Shown one piece after another: positions 8,507 to 17,226 of a stretch of DNA of 24,000 bases. Under the pieces are notes generated by a model. The model was not told the DNA's origin, ran no database searches, and was given only the letters and a program-made list of their open reading frames with translations. Source of the stretch: Vagococcus fluvialis (GTDB lineage: Bacteria; Bacillota; Bacilli; Lactobacillales; Vagococcaceae); contig NZ_QPJV01000012.1 in the NCBI RefSeq assembly GCF_003337315.1, positions 51,247 to 75,246 on the forward strand, written 5' to 3'. The position numbers and the translations under genes were made by a program. Positions within the stretch are counted from its first letter, which is position 1. Each line of letters begins with the position of its first letter.

Positions 8507-10192
8507 ATGAAAACGAAAAAAATGTTGTATGTTGGATTATTATCAACAGTTGTTCTTGGTTTAGCTGCTTGTGGTGGCGGAGACAAAAAAGATGCAGGTT
8601 CTTCTGAAAGTAGCTCAAAAGCTACAAGTGAAGAAACATTAGATGAAAAGCAGGTATTCACAGTTAACGTATTACAAGAGATGCCTACAGCTGACCTTTC
8701 TCTTAATACAGATGTTATTGGTTCTGTAGCTCTAAATAACGTTTATGAAGGAATTTACCGTTTAGGTGAAAGCCAAGAACCAGAACCTGCTGGAGCAACT
8801 GAAAAAGCAGAAGTAAGTGAAGATGGTTTAACTTATAAAGTTAAATTACGTGAAGATGCTAAGTGGTCAGACGGAAAACCTGTTACAGCTAAAGACTATG
8901 TTTATGGTTGGCAACGTACAGTAGACCCTGAGACAGCTTCTGAGTATGCATACTTACATGAAATCGTTAAAAATGGAGCTGCTATTACAGCAGGTGAAAA
9001 ACCAGTAGAAGAATTAGGAATTAAAGCAGTTAGTGATTATGAATTAGAAATCACATTAGAAAAAGCAGCACCTTATTTTGATTATTTATTAGCTTTCACA
9101 ACATTCATGCCTCAACGTCAAGATATTGTTGAAAAATATGGTAAAGAATACACTACTTCAAGTGAAAAAGCAGTCTACAATGGACCATTTACTTTAGCTA
9201 ATTTTGATGGACCTGGTACTGATACTGAATGGTCTTATGTAAAAAATCCTGAGTATTGGGATAAAGATACAGTTAAGCTAGATGAAATCAAAGTAAGTGT
9301 TGTTAAAGAAGCTTCAACAAGTTTAAACCTTTATGATGATGGACAAGTAGAAGAGATTCAATTATCTGGTGAGTTAGCACAACAAAAAGCTGGTGATCCT
9401 GAGTTACATATTGAGAAAAAAGCTTCTGCTCGCTACTTAGAGTTAAATCAACGAGAAAAAGACTCACAATTTAACAATAAAGATTTAAGAAAAGCTATCT
9501 CTTATGCGATTGACCGCGAAGCTTTAGCTAACCAAATCTTAGCAGATGGTTCTGTTCCTGCTAAAGGATTAGTACCAACAGACTTAGCGCATTCTCCAAA
9601 AGATAAAAAAGACTTCTCTGAAGAAGCTGGTGGAGATGTAGCTTATGACAGCAAAAAAGCTAAAGAGCATTGGGAAAAAGCTAAAAAAGATTTAGGTAAA
9701 GACAAAATTGAAGTGGATATCTTAGCATCAGATAATGATTCAACTAAGAAAGTTCTTGAATTCTTACAAGGTTCATTAGAAGAAGAATTACCAGGTATTA
9801 AAGTTAACTTAAGTCCAGTACCATTTAGTGTTCGTCTAGATCGCTCAAACAAAGGTGATTTTAGTATGGTATACGGTGGTTGGATTGCGGACTATCCAGA
9901 TCCAAGTAGTTTCTTAGACTTATTTGAAACAGGTAACTCTTATAACCGTGGTCACTACTCAAGTCCTGAATACGATAAAAATGTTAAAGAAGCTAGCACT
10001 ACTAATGTAAATGACCCAGAAAAACGTTGGGAAAATATGATTGCTGCTGAAAAACAAATTGTTGAAGATACAGGAATTATCAACATCTTGCAAGAAGCTG
10101 AAGCTCACTTACGTTCTGATAAAGTGAAAGGTGTGGTAGCACATCCAGCTGGCGCAATGTATGACTACAAATGGGCGTACAAAGTAAAATAA
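8507..10192 (+). CDS. oppA: Oligopeptide ABC transporter substrate-binding lipoprotein (SBP family 5)
   Basis: SD aagggggaa precedes the start. A signal peptide with lipobox LGLAAC|GG is followed by a Ser-rich linker. The 561-aa size and sequences such as WSDGKPVTAKDYVYGWQR and GGWIADYPDPSSFL are typical of OppA/DppA-type binding proteins. Confidence 0.9.
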   Translation: MKTKKMLYVGLLSTVVLGLAACGGGDKKDAGSSESSSKATSEETLDEKQVFTVNVLQEMPTADLSLNTDVIGSVALNNVYEGIYRLGESQEPEPAGATEKAEVSEDGLTYKVKLREDAKWSDGKPVTAKDYVYGWQRTVDPETASEYAYLHEIVKNGAAITAGEKPVEELGIKAVSDYELEITLEKAAPYFDYLLAFTTFMPQRQDIVEKYGKEYTTSSEKAVYNGPFTLANFDGPGTDTEWSYVKNPEYWDKDTVKLDEIKVSVVKEASTSLNLYDDGQVEEIQLSGELAQQKAGDPELHIEKKASARYLELNQREKDSQFNNKDLRKAISYAIDREALANQILADGSVPAKGLVPTDLAHSPKDKKDFSEEAGGDVAYDSKKAKEHWEKAKKDLGKDKIEVDILASDNDSTKKVLEFLQGSLEEELPGIKVNLSPVPFSVRLDRSNKGDFSMVYGGWIADYPDPSSFLDLFETGNSYNRGHYSSPEYDKNVKEASTTNVNDPEKRWENMIAAEKQIVEDTGIINILQEAEAHLRSDKVKGVVAHPAGAMYDYKWAYKVK

Positions 10193-10302
10193 GATATTAA
10201 CAAAAGATAACAAAACGAAATATTTGAGAATATAGAAAAGAGTGAGGTAGAATGAGATTGTAACAGAATCTACTTCTGTGACACTGTTTAGTTTGTAAAT
10301 AT

Positions 10303-10332
10303 GGGACTGTGCCATACTTATGTCACAGTCCC
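10303..10332. repeat. Stem-loop in the oppA 3' region that shares a 16-nt arm with the terminator at 949-988
   Basis: Arm gggactgtgccat, loop actt, arm atgtcacagtccc, giving a 13-bp stem with one mismatch. No adjacent T-tract. ATACTTATGTCACAGT (10314-10329) is identical to 966-981. Confidence 0.6.
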
Positions 10333-10460
10333 ATTCTAACTCTTTTTAATAACATAGTTATTGAAAATTGAAAGGATATTCGTCCTATTATCTTTTGGAT
10401 TTTTCAAAATTTAGGGTGTTTGTTACTTGATAGAAAATAAAGATGTTGGTTAAAGGAAAT

Positions 10461-10498
10461 GCAAAAATCCTATAACGAGTCTGTTATAGGATTTTTGC
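10461..10498. terminator. Bidirectional terminator between oppA and the antisense membrane-protein gene
   Basis: Perfect 16-bp palindrome arms, gcaaaaatcctataac (10461-10476) and gttataggatttttgc (10483-10498). The A-run and T-run arms allow termination in both directions. It abuts the stop of the minus-strand ORF at 10501. Confidence 0.85.
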
Positions 10499-10500
10499 TA

Positions 10501-10845
10501 TTAAGAAAATAAAGTTAGTAGGAAACTAATTATTAAAAGCGTTCCACCTACTATAAACCAGTAAATAGGTTTTTTCTTAAAAATTTCTGATAGTGGAATA
10601 TATTCTTTTGGTTCATTTTTTCTTCTTTGTTGAATGAGATTTTTCATATTCTTTTGAAAAAAATCAAAGAACCCAGAAGATAAAACAGCGATACTAGTCC
10701 CAATAATAATAAATAATAACGAGAACATAAAAAAGTTATTTGATAAAGTTGTTGTGGTAAGTGAGTTGTTTGTCACTAGGGTGAATAAAGGAATCCCAAC
10801 TATTAGAGTTCCTAAACTGATGATAATTTTTTTAGCTAGATTCAT
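10501..10845 (-). CDS. Small integral membrane protein, unknown function
   Basis: The 114-aa product has three clear hydrophobic segments and a basic loop (QQRRKNEPKEY). A weak SD (aaagga) lies 9 nt upstream. The gene is bracketed by its own terminator. Confidence 0.6.
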   Translation of the reverse strand: MNLAKKIIISLGTLIVGIPLFTLVTNNSLTTTTLSNNFFMFSLLFIIIGTSIAVLSSGFFDFFQKNMKNLIQQRRKNEPKEYIPLSEIFKKKPIYWFIVGGTLLIISFLLTLFS

Positions 10846-10931
10846 AAAAAATGTCCTTTTCTATTAGATTAATAAATTAACTCTAATTCATTTATTAATA
10901 GAAGTCAAAATATTTAAAAGGGGGAAAATAA

Positions 10932-11876
10932 ATGAAAAATTTTGCAAAGTTTTTCTTAAAACGTGTTATGTTCATGCTCATTACGTTGTGGTTAATTACG
11001 ACAATAACGTTCTTCTTAATGAAGTTACTTCCTGGTTCTCCTTATGCGAACCAAGAAAAATTATCACCTGAACAAATCCAAATCTTAAACGAACAGGCAG
11101 GCTTAGATAAGCCAGTTATTCAACAATATGGTATTTATATGGGAAATATCGCTAAAGGTGATTTTGGAACAAGTTTCCAATTTAAAAATCAACCTGTATC
11201 AAAATTATTAAAAGAAAGAATTGGGCCATCTGTCCAATTAGGGATTCAAGCTATTATATTTGGTACTTTAGTAGGGATTATTCTTGGAGCTATAGCTGCT
11301 ATGAGACAAAATACGTGGGTTGATACACTAGCTACCTTGATAGCCATACTAGGAAGGTCGATTCCAAACTTTGTCTTTGCCGTATTACTACAATATGTCT
11401 TTGCCATTAAGTTAGGCATTTTACCAATTGCTAAGTGGGATCAAGGATTTATCTCAACGATTCTACCAACCTTGGCTCTGTCCATGTCGCCACTTGCTGA
11501 CTCTGCTCGTTTTATTAGAACAGAGATGGTAGAAGTATTAAGTAGTGATTATATCGAACTTGCTCGAGCAAAAGGATTAAGTCGTATGCAAGTCGTCTTT
11601 AGACATGGATTAAGAAACAGTTTAATTCCTTTAATTACGTTACTTGGGCCACTTGCTGTCGCTTTAATGACTGGTTCATTAGTAGTAGAAAATATTTTCG
11701 CCATTCCTGGTATTGGGGAGCAGTTTGTAAAATCAATTATGACAAACGATTACCCAACAATTATGGCAGTAACAATTATGTTCTCAACTATGTTAGTAGT
11801 TGTTATCTTAATTGTTGACTTACTTTACGGTATTGTAGATCCAAGAATTCGTGTAGCAGGAGGTGGCAAAGAGTAA
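10932..11876 (+). CDS. oppB: Oligopeptide ABC transporter permease
   Basis: SD aagggggaa precedes the start. The polytopic protein carries the BPD-transporter EAA-type loop (SDYIELARAKGLSRMQVVFRHGLRNSLIPLIT), typical of OppB/DppB. Confidence 0.9.
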   Translation: MKNFAKFFLKRVMFMLITLWLITTITFFLMKLLPGSPYANQEKLSPEQIQILNEQAGLDKPVIQQYGIYMGNIAKGDFGTSFQFKNQPVSKLLKERIGPSVQLGIQAIIFGTLVGIILGAIAAMRQNTWVDTLATLIAILGRSIPNFVFAVLLQYVFAIKLGILPIAKWDQGFISTILPTLALSMSPLADSARFIRTEMVEVLSSDYIELARAKGLSRMQVVFRHGLRNSLIPLITLLGPLAVALMTGSLVVENIFAIPGIGEQFVKSIMTNDYPTIMAVTIMFSTMLVVVILIVDLLYGIVDPRIRVAGGGKE

Positions 11877-12904
11877 TGGAAAGATTAGATATTAAAAGTA
11901 TCCCAGCTGAAAAATTTGAACCAATCTCAATTAATGATAATTTAGATCGTGAAAAAATTAGTGCACCTTCATTAAACTTTTTGCAAGATTCTTGGAGAAG
12001 GTTAAAGAAAAATAAGGGTGCAGTTATTTCCTTAGTTATTTTAATTATCGTAACGATTATTGCTTTTGGATCAACTTGGGTTTCACCTCACGATCCAACT
12101 AAACAAAATCCAAAATATATTAACTTACCACCAAAAATTCCAGGTGTTGGGATTAATGGATTTAATGGTACAGCAGTTGTTGGTGGTAACAGAGTCGACA
12201 AATACGAACAAGCTAATGTACCAGATGATGTTCATTACTATTTGGGAACAGATGGTTTAGGTCGTGACCTTCTATCTCGTTTATTAATGGGAACAAGAAT
12301 GTCACTGATTATTGCCTTTGTAGCAGCCTTTCTAGATTTAACCTTTGGGGTTATCTACGGAATGTTCTCTGGAATGAAAGGCGGTAAAACAGATACCGTC
12401 ATGCAGAGGATACTAGAAGTTCTTTCAGGAGTCCCTAACTTAGTAGTAATGATTTTAATGTTGATGGTTTTCAAACCTGGTTTAATGTCTATTATTTTAG
12501 CCATGATTGTAACAGGTTGGATTACTATGGCTCGGATTGTTAGAGCTCAAACACTGAAAATTAAAGATCAAGAATATGTTTTAGCAGCAACTACATTAGG
12601 TGTTTCTCAACCTAAAATTGCTTTAAAACATGTTTTACCGAATATTTCCGGGGTTATTATCGTTCAAATGATGTTTAGTATTCCTTCAGCTATTTTCTTT
12701 GAAGCTTTCTTAAGTTTTATTGGTTTAGGTTTAACGCCACCAACTGCTTCACTTGGAACACTTTTAAATGAAGGTTATAAAACGTTTAGATTTTTACCTC
12801 ACTTAATGTGGGCACCTGCTATCACATTATCAGTTATCATGATTTGTTTTAACTTGTTAGCTGATGGTTTACGTGATGCATTTGACCCTAAAATGAATGA
12901 CTAG
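11876..12904 (+). CDS. oppC: Oligopeptide ABC transporter permease
   Basis: The start overlaps the oppB stop (TAATG at 11874-11878), indicating translational coupling. OppC-type N-terminal extension and EAA-type loop are present (QEYVLAATTLGVSQPKIALKHVLPN). Confidence 0.9.
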   Translation: MERLDIKSIPAEKFEPISINDNLDREKISAPSLNFLQDSWRRLKKNKGAVISLVILIIVTIIAFGSTWVSPHDPTKQNPKYINLPPKIPGVGINGFNGTAVVGGNRVDKYEQANVPDDVHYYLGTDGLGRDLLSRLLMGTRMSLIIAFVAAFLDLTFGVIYGMFSGMKGGKTDTVMQRILEVLSGVPNLVVMILMLMVFKPGLMSIILAMIVTGWITMARIVRAQTLKIKDQEYVLAATTLGVSQPKIALKHVLPNISGVIIVQMMFSIPSAIFFEAFLSFIGLGLTPPTASLGTLLNEGYKTFRFLPHLMWAPAITLSVIMICFNLLADGLRDAFDPKMND

Positions 12905-12918
12905 GATGGTGTTGAAAT

Positions 12919-13956
12919 ATGGAAAAAGTATTAGAAGTGAAAGACTTAAATATATCCTTTGATACTTTTGCTGGTAAAGTTCACGCCATTCGTGGTGTAA
13001 ATTTTGATTTACATAAAGGTGAAACACTAGCAATTGTAGGGGAATCTGGTTCAGGGAAATCAGTAACAACTAGAACAATTATGCGATTACTTGCTAATAA
13101 TGCAAATATTGATGAAGGTCAAATTTTATTTAAAGGCGAAGATTTAGTTCATAAGACAGAAAAAGAGATGCAATCCATTCGAGGAAAAGACATTGCTATG
13201 ATTTTCCAGGATCCAATGACTTCCCTTGATCCAACAATGAATATTGGAAACCAAGTAGCAGAGTCATTACGTAAACATCGTAAAATCTCTAAAAAAGATG
13301 CTTTGGACCGTGCTCTAGATTTATTAAAATTAGTAGGTATTCCAAATGCTGAAAAAAGACTTAAAAATTATCCACATCAATTTTCAGGCGGACAACGTCA
13401 ACGTATTGTTATTGCCATTGCATTAATCTGTTATCCAGAAGTATTAATTGCAGATGAGCCAACAACAGCACTTGATGTAACAATTCAAGCTCAAATTATT
13501 GATTTAATGAAAGATATTCAACAAAAAATTCAAACATCTATTATTTTCATTACTCATGATTTAGGAGTAGTGGCAAACGTGGCTGACCGAGTAGCCGTTA
13601 TGTATGGTGGTCGAATTATTGAAATTGGAACAGCAGATGAAATTTTTTATAACCCCCAACATCCATATACATGGGGATTATTAAGCTCAATGCCAACACT
13701 AGAAACGAGTGAAGAAAAACTTTATGCTATTCCAGGTTCACCTCCAGATTTATTAGATCCACCAACAGGAGATGCTTTCTATCCGCGTAATGAATATGCG
13801 ATGCAAATCGATACAGAAGAAGCGCCACCATTTTTTGAAGTTTCGCCAACACATAAAGCTGCTACATGGTTACTAGCTCCTGGAGCACCAGAAGTAACGC
13901 CACCAGCTGAGATTGTTAGACGAAGAGAAAAATACAAAGAGCGTTTTGGAGCTTAG
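12919..13956 (+). CDS. oppD: Oligopeptide ABC transporter ATP-binding protein
   Basis: Walker A GESGSGKS, signature FSGGQRQR and Walker B LIADEPTTALD are present, plus the C-terminal oligopeptide/dipeptide-transporter extension (HPYTWGLL). Confidence 0.92.
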   Translation: MEKVLEVKDLNISFDTFAGKVHAIRGVNFDLHKGETLAIVGESGSGKSVTTRTIMRLLANNANIDEGQILFKGEDLVHKTEKEMQSIRGKDIAMIFQDPMTSLDPTMNIGNQVAESLRKHRKISKKDALDRALDLLKLVGIPNAEKRLKNYPHQFSGGQRQRIVIAIALICYPEVLIADEPTTALDVTIQAQIIDLMKDIQQKIQTSIIFITHDLGVVANVADRVAVMYGGRIIEIGTADEIFYNPQHPYTWGLLSSMPTLETSEEKLYAIPGSPPDLLDPPTGDAFYPRNEYAMQIDTEEAPPFFEVSPTHKAATWLLAPGAPEVTPPAEIVRRREKYKERFGA

Positions 13957-13971
13957 AAAGGGGGATACAAC

Positions 13972-14925
13972 ATGGAAGCAACACAAGAAAAGAAATTATT
14001 ACTTGAAGTGAATAACTTAAAACAACATTTTAATGTTGGTCGAACAGATGAAGTAAAAGCAGTAGATGACATTAGTTTTTCTATCTATGAAGGAGAAACA
14101 TTTGGCCTTGTAGGCGAGTCTGGTTGTGGTAAGTCAACAACAGGACGTAGTATTATCCGTTTGTATAACCCAACAAGTGGTGAAATTAAATTTGACGGGG
14201 AAGATGTAGCAAAAATCAAAGGTCGTCAAAATATGAGTCAATTTAGACGTGATGTTCAGATGATTTATCAAGATCCTTACGCGTCATTAAATCCTAGAAT
14301 GAAAGTTAAAGATATTATTGCTGAGGGAATTGATGTCCACGGTTTAGCAAAAACGGAAGAAGAGAGAACTAATAGAGTTAATGAATTGTTAAAAACAGTT
14401 GGTTTAGATCCAAGTCATGGTACTCGTTATCCTCATGAGTTCTCAGGTGGGCAACGTCAAAGAATTGGGATAGCTCGTGCATTAGCAGTTGAGCCTAAAT
14501 TCATCATTTGTGATGAGCCTATCTCAGCTCTTGATGTATCAATTCAAGCTCAAGTAGTTAACTTACTTCAAGAATTACAAGAAAAAGAAAAATTAACTTA
14601 TCTTTTCATCGCCCATGATTTATCAATGGTTAAATACATTAGTGATCGAATCGGGGTTATGTACTTTGGAAAATTAGTAGAAGTAGGGACAGCCAGTGAG
14701 ATTTATAATTATGGTTTACATCCTTATACTGAAAGTTTACTTTCAGCTATCCCTTTACCAGATCCAGATTATGAAAGAGAGCGTCAACGTATTGTCTATA
14801 CCCCACAAGTAGACGACGGAAAAGAACGCCGATTACAAGAAATTGCGCCTGGTCACTCTGTTTATTGTAGTGATGATGAGGTAGCGATGTATCAAGAGAA
14901 ACTCCAAGCTAAGAAAGATCAGTAG
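13972..14925 (+). CDS. oppF: Oligopeptide ABC transporter ATP-binding protein
   Basis: SD aaggggga precedes the start. Walker A GESGCGKS, signature FSGGQRQR, Walker [12 protein letters not shown] and the HPYTESLL C-terminal domain are present. Confidence 0.92.
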   Translation: MEATQEKKLLLEVNNLKQHFNVGRTDEVKAVDDISFSIYEGETFGLVGESGCGKSTTGRSIIRLYNPTSGEIKFDGEDVAKIKGRQNMSQFRRDVQMIYQDPYASLNPRMKVKDIIAEGIDVHGLAKTEEERTNRVNELLKTVGLDPSHGTRYPHEFSGGQRQRIGIARALAVEPKFIICDEPISALDVSIQAQVVNLLQELQEKEKLTYLFIAHDLSMVKYISDRIGVMYFGKLVEVGTASEIYNYGLHPYTESLLSAIPLPDPDYERERQRIVYTPQVDDGKERRLQEIAPGHSVYCSDDEVAMYQEKLQAKKDQ

Positions 14926-14950
14926 ACAGTTCCCCCGTCTACTGTTTCTT
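14920..14950 (+). terminator. Hairpin overlapping the oppF stop codon (possible terminator)
   Basis: Arm cagtagac (14920-14927), 9-nt loop, arm gtctactg (14937-14944), followed by tttctt. The stem is short and the T-tract weak. Confidence 0.45.
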
Positions 14951-14954
14951 ATAC

Positions 14955-14991
14955 AAAAAAGAACTAACTCCTAGGAGCTAGTTCTTTTTTT
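14955..14991. terminator. Bidirectional terminator between oppF and the convergent M42 peptidase gene
   Basis: Arm aaaaaagaactaac, loop tcctagga, arm gctagttctttttt, with one internal mismatch. T-runs follow on both strands. Confidence 0.8.
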
Positions 14992-16081
14992 ATTTAATTT
15001 CATTTTTTATAGAAAGTAATTTTTCTTGGGTCATTGTACTACAAAATTCTGTTAGTAATTGGACAGTTTGATAGTAATCTTTTCTATGAATCAACAGGCG
15101 AGAAGAGTGCATGTATCTCGTTGGTAATGATAAGGTCATTGTTGGAATACCTGTCATTGCTTTATGAATATTACAAGCATCAGTTCCACCCTCAGTCATA
15201 AAATCATAATTAATATCAAGGTTTAACTGATCAGAAAGAAATTTCATTTCTTTGTAAACGCCTCTATGAGCCATAGTCAGTGAGTCTAAAAAAGAGAGTA
15301 CAACGCCATTTCCTAAAGCCGTACTTCCAGAATCAAGAGGAGTATCTTGACTTGTAGTAACATCAAGAGCAATAGCTAAATCTGGTTTAATCACATGTGT
15401 AGCAGTTCTTGTACCGCGAATCCCAACTTCTTCTTGGGTGGAGGCAACAAAATAAATATTGGCATCATGGTTAATTTCTTTTAAGTTTTGAATAATTTCT
15501 GTACATACTGCAACACAGATACGGTCATCCCATGCTTTTCCCAGTAAGTAGTCAGGATTATTCATGACTCTAAATTTAGTATTAGGTGTCACCATATCAC
15601 CTATTTCAATGCCTAGGGAAAGAACTTCTTCTTTTGAAGAAACACCTAGGTCTAGATATAGATCCATAGGTTCAATTACTTTGCTCTTTTCTTTTTCAGG
15701 CATTCCATGAGGGGCACGACAACCAACTACACCAATATATTCTTGTTCACTAATAGTTGTGACAACCATCTCTTGAGCTGGCATAACAAGCCCCCACCAA
15801 CCTCCAATTGGCAGTAAATAAACGAATCCATTTTCATCTATATGTCTAACCATAAAGCCAACTTCATCCATATGTGCAGAAAGCATAATATTAGGCCCAT
15901 CTTTTTTTCCTTTTTTTAAACAAATCATAGAGCCTGAATTATCATAAGAAATATCATCTACAAAATTTTCAACGTGCTTTTTAACTATTCGACTAACAAA
16001 TCTTTCATATCCACCAATTGCGTGAACTTCACTTAACTCTTTTAGGAGAGTTAAATTAACTTTTCCATAAGGTTCCATCAT
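14990..16081 (-). CDS. M42-family metallo-aminopeptidase (PepA/FrvX/YsdC-like), catalytic residues intact
   Basis: I moved the start to ATG 16079-16081 (MMEPYGK...), which has SD aaaggagg 5 nt upstream. The ORF-track start at 16177 would overlap the upstream gene by 80 nt and has no SD. All M42 metal and catalytic motifs are present: SAHMDEVGF, KAWDDR, TQEEVG, IALDV and RYMHS. Confidence 0.88.
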   Translation of the reverse strand: MMEPYGKVNLTLLKELSEVHAIGGYERFVSRIVKKHVENFVDDISYDNSGSMICLKKGKKDGPNIMLSAHMDEVGFMVRHIDENGFVYLLPIGGWWGLVMPAQEMVVTTISEQEYIGVVGCRAPHGMPEKEKSKVIEPMDLYLDLGVSSKEEVLSLGIEIGDMVTPNTKFRVMNNPDYLLGKAWDDRICVAVCTEIIQNLKEINHDANIYFVASTQEEVGIRGTRTATHVIKPDLAIALDVTTSQDTPLDSGSTALGNGVVLSFLDSLTMAHRGVYKEMKFLSDQLNLDINYDFMTEGGTDACNIHKAMTGIPTMTLSLPTRYMHSSRLLIHRKDYYQTVQLLTEFCSTMTQEKLLSIKNEIK

Positions 16082-16097
16082 TTTTCCTCCTTTATAA

Positions 16098-17162
16098 TTA
16101 TCTATTCTCTTGTTTGAAAGATAAGATATCTTCATTAGATAAATTTGAAATGAAATGAAGGGAAGCTTGCAAGGCATTTTCTAAATCTGCTAAATTTATT
16201 ATAGAAGTACTAGCATTTAAATTACTAGCAGGAATGTTTAGCATTAAGGTAGGAGAACCAACTCTTAATTTATGAATCCAGCCAGCATCACTACTTGTTA
16301 ATGAGTAATAATTTTGGAAAGAGATATTTTTTTCTATACAACTATTTTTAAAATCTGTTGTTAATTTTCTATTAGGTAAGATACTTCGGTCATAATAAGT
16401 CAGAAGAAGTCCATCACCTAAAATTCCTTGTTTTTCATTTTTTGTGATGTCGGTATTGGCTTCTAATGTATCGAAAGTAATAGCTAAATCAGGTTGCACT
16501 AAATTTGTTGCTGTTTGGGCACCACGATTACCAACTTGGTTTAAGACAGTTCCACCAGCATATAAATCAAAAGGCAACTCGATATCTTTTAATTCGGTTA
16601 ATAAATGGATTACTTGAAGAGCTCCATATGAACGACCGATTGCTTTTCCGAAATAGTGTGTATTGTTTGCTGAAAGAAAGCTATCTGTTGCATAAGTAAC
16701 AGAGTCCCCGTAATCAATTCCAGCGTTAATGATTTCTTCTTTAGTTAAAAAACCGCATTGAATAACAACTTCATTTTTATCGTTTAAAATTTCACCAGCT
16801 GAATTTGTTGGAACAATAACACCTGGGATAGTTTTGTTGTTAGCAGTGATTACTTGAATCTTACTTCCTAAAAGACTATCTTTTTTATGAATACCAATGG
16901 CAAGGCATTTGATTGTTCCGTTGGTTAGTAATTCTTTAACAACAAAACCACTTTCATCAATATATCCTGATACCATTACAACTGGTGCATTTTCTGTTTG
17001 AGATTTTTTGATACCGAAAATAGAACCGAGGTTATCATAAACAATATCATCGGTAATAGAGACTAATTCTTGTTTTAATAATTGACTCACATTTTTTTCA
17101 TTACCAGAGATAGCTGTTGTTTCAGTTAATTTATTTAATAAAGATAAAGTATCTGTTTTCAT
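16098..17162 (-). CDS. M42-family peptidase paralog with degenerate metal-binding and catalytic residues (predicted pseudo-peptidase)
   Basis: SD aaaggag precedes the start. The protein is colinear with the downstream M42 protein, but the motifs read SGYIDESGF (His to Tyr), KAIGRS (Asp-Asp to Gly-Arg), VLNQVG (Glu-Glu to Asn-Gln) and SNLNA (His to Asn). Only ITFDT keeps its Asp. Confidence 0.8.
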   Translation of the reverse strand: MKTDTLSLLNKLTETTAISGNEKNVSQLLKQELVSITDDIVYDNLGSIFGIKKSQTENAPVVMVSGYIDESGFVVKELLTNGTIKCLAIGIHKKDSLLGSKIQVITANNKTIPGVIVPTNSAGEILNDKNEVVIQCGFLTKEEIINAGIDYGDSVTYATDSFLSANNTHYFGKAIGRSYGALQVIHLLTELKDIELPFDLYAGGTVLNQVGNRGAQTATNLVQPDLAITFDTLEANTDITKNEKQGILGDGLLLTYYDRSILPNRKLTTDFKNSCIEKNISFQNYYSLTSSDAGWIHKLRVGSPTLMLNIPASNLNASTSIINLADLENALQASLHFISNLSNEDILSFKQENR

Positions 17163-17180
17163 GAATGAACGCTCCTTTAA

Positions 17181-17212
17181 TTAAAAAGCTCCTGATTAAC
17201 AGGAGCTTTTAT
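17181..17212 (-). terminator. Intra-operon hairpin (partial terminator or RNA-processing/stability element) between the GrdB-like gene and the M42 genes
   Basis: Perfect 11-bp stem, aaaagctcctg (17184-17194) pairing with caggagctttt (17200-17210). On the minus strand it is followed by tttttaatt and then immediately by the SD of the next gene. Confidence 0.55.
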
Positions 17213-17226
17213 TTTGAGAAATAATA

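Noticed and set aside
8382-8618. Minus-strand ORF 8382-8618 across the oppA promoter and 5' end
   Set aside because: It overlaps the oppA start and leader, is AT-rich and low-complexity, and has no SD.
9643-10315. Minus-strand ORFs 9643-9852 and 10109-10315
   Set aside because: The first is antisense inside oppA. The second spans the oppA 3' end and a non-coding hairpin region. Neither has translation signals.
12060-13069. ORFs 12060-12260 (+) and 12869-13069 (-)
   Set aside because: They are alternative-frame or antisense ORFs inside oppC/oppD, whose own frames have unmistakable ABC permease and ATPase motifs.
16082-16177. The 32-codon N-terminal extension of the intact M42 gene in the ORF track (start at 16177)
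   Set aside because: It would overlap the upstream M42 gene by 80 nt and lacks an SD. The ATG at 16079-16081 has aaaggagg 5 nt upstream, and the M42 homology begins there.
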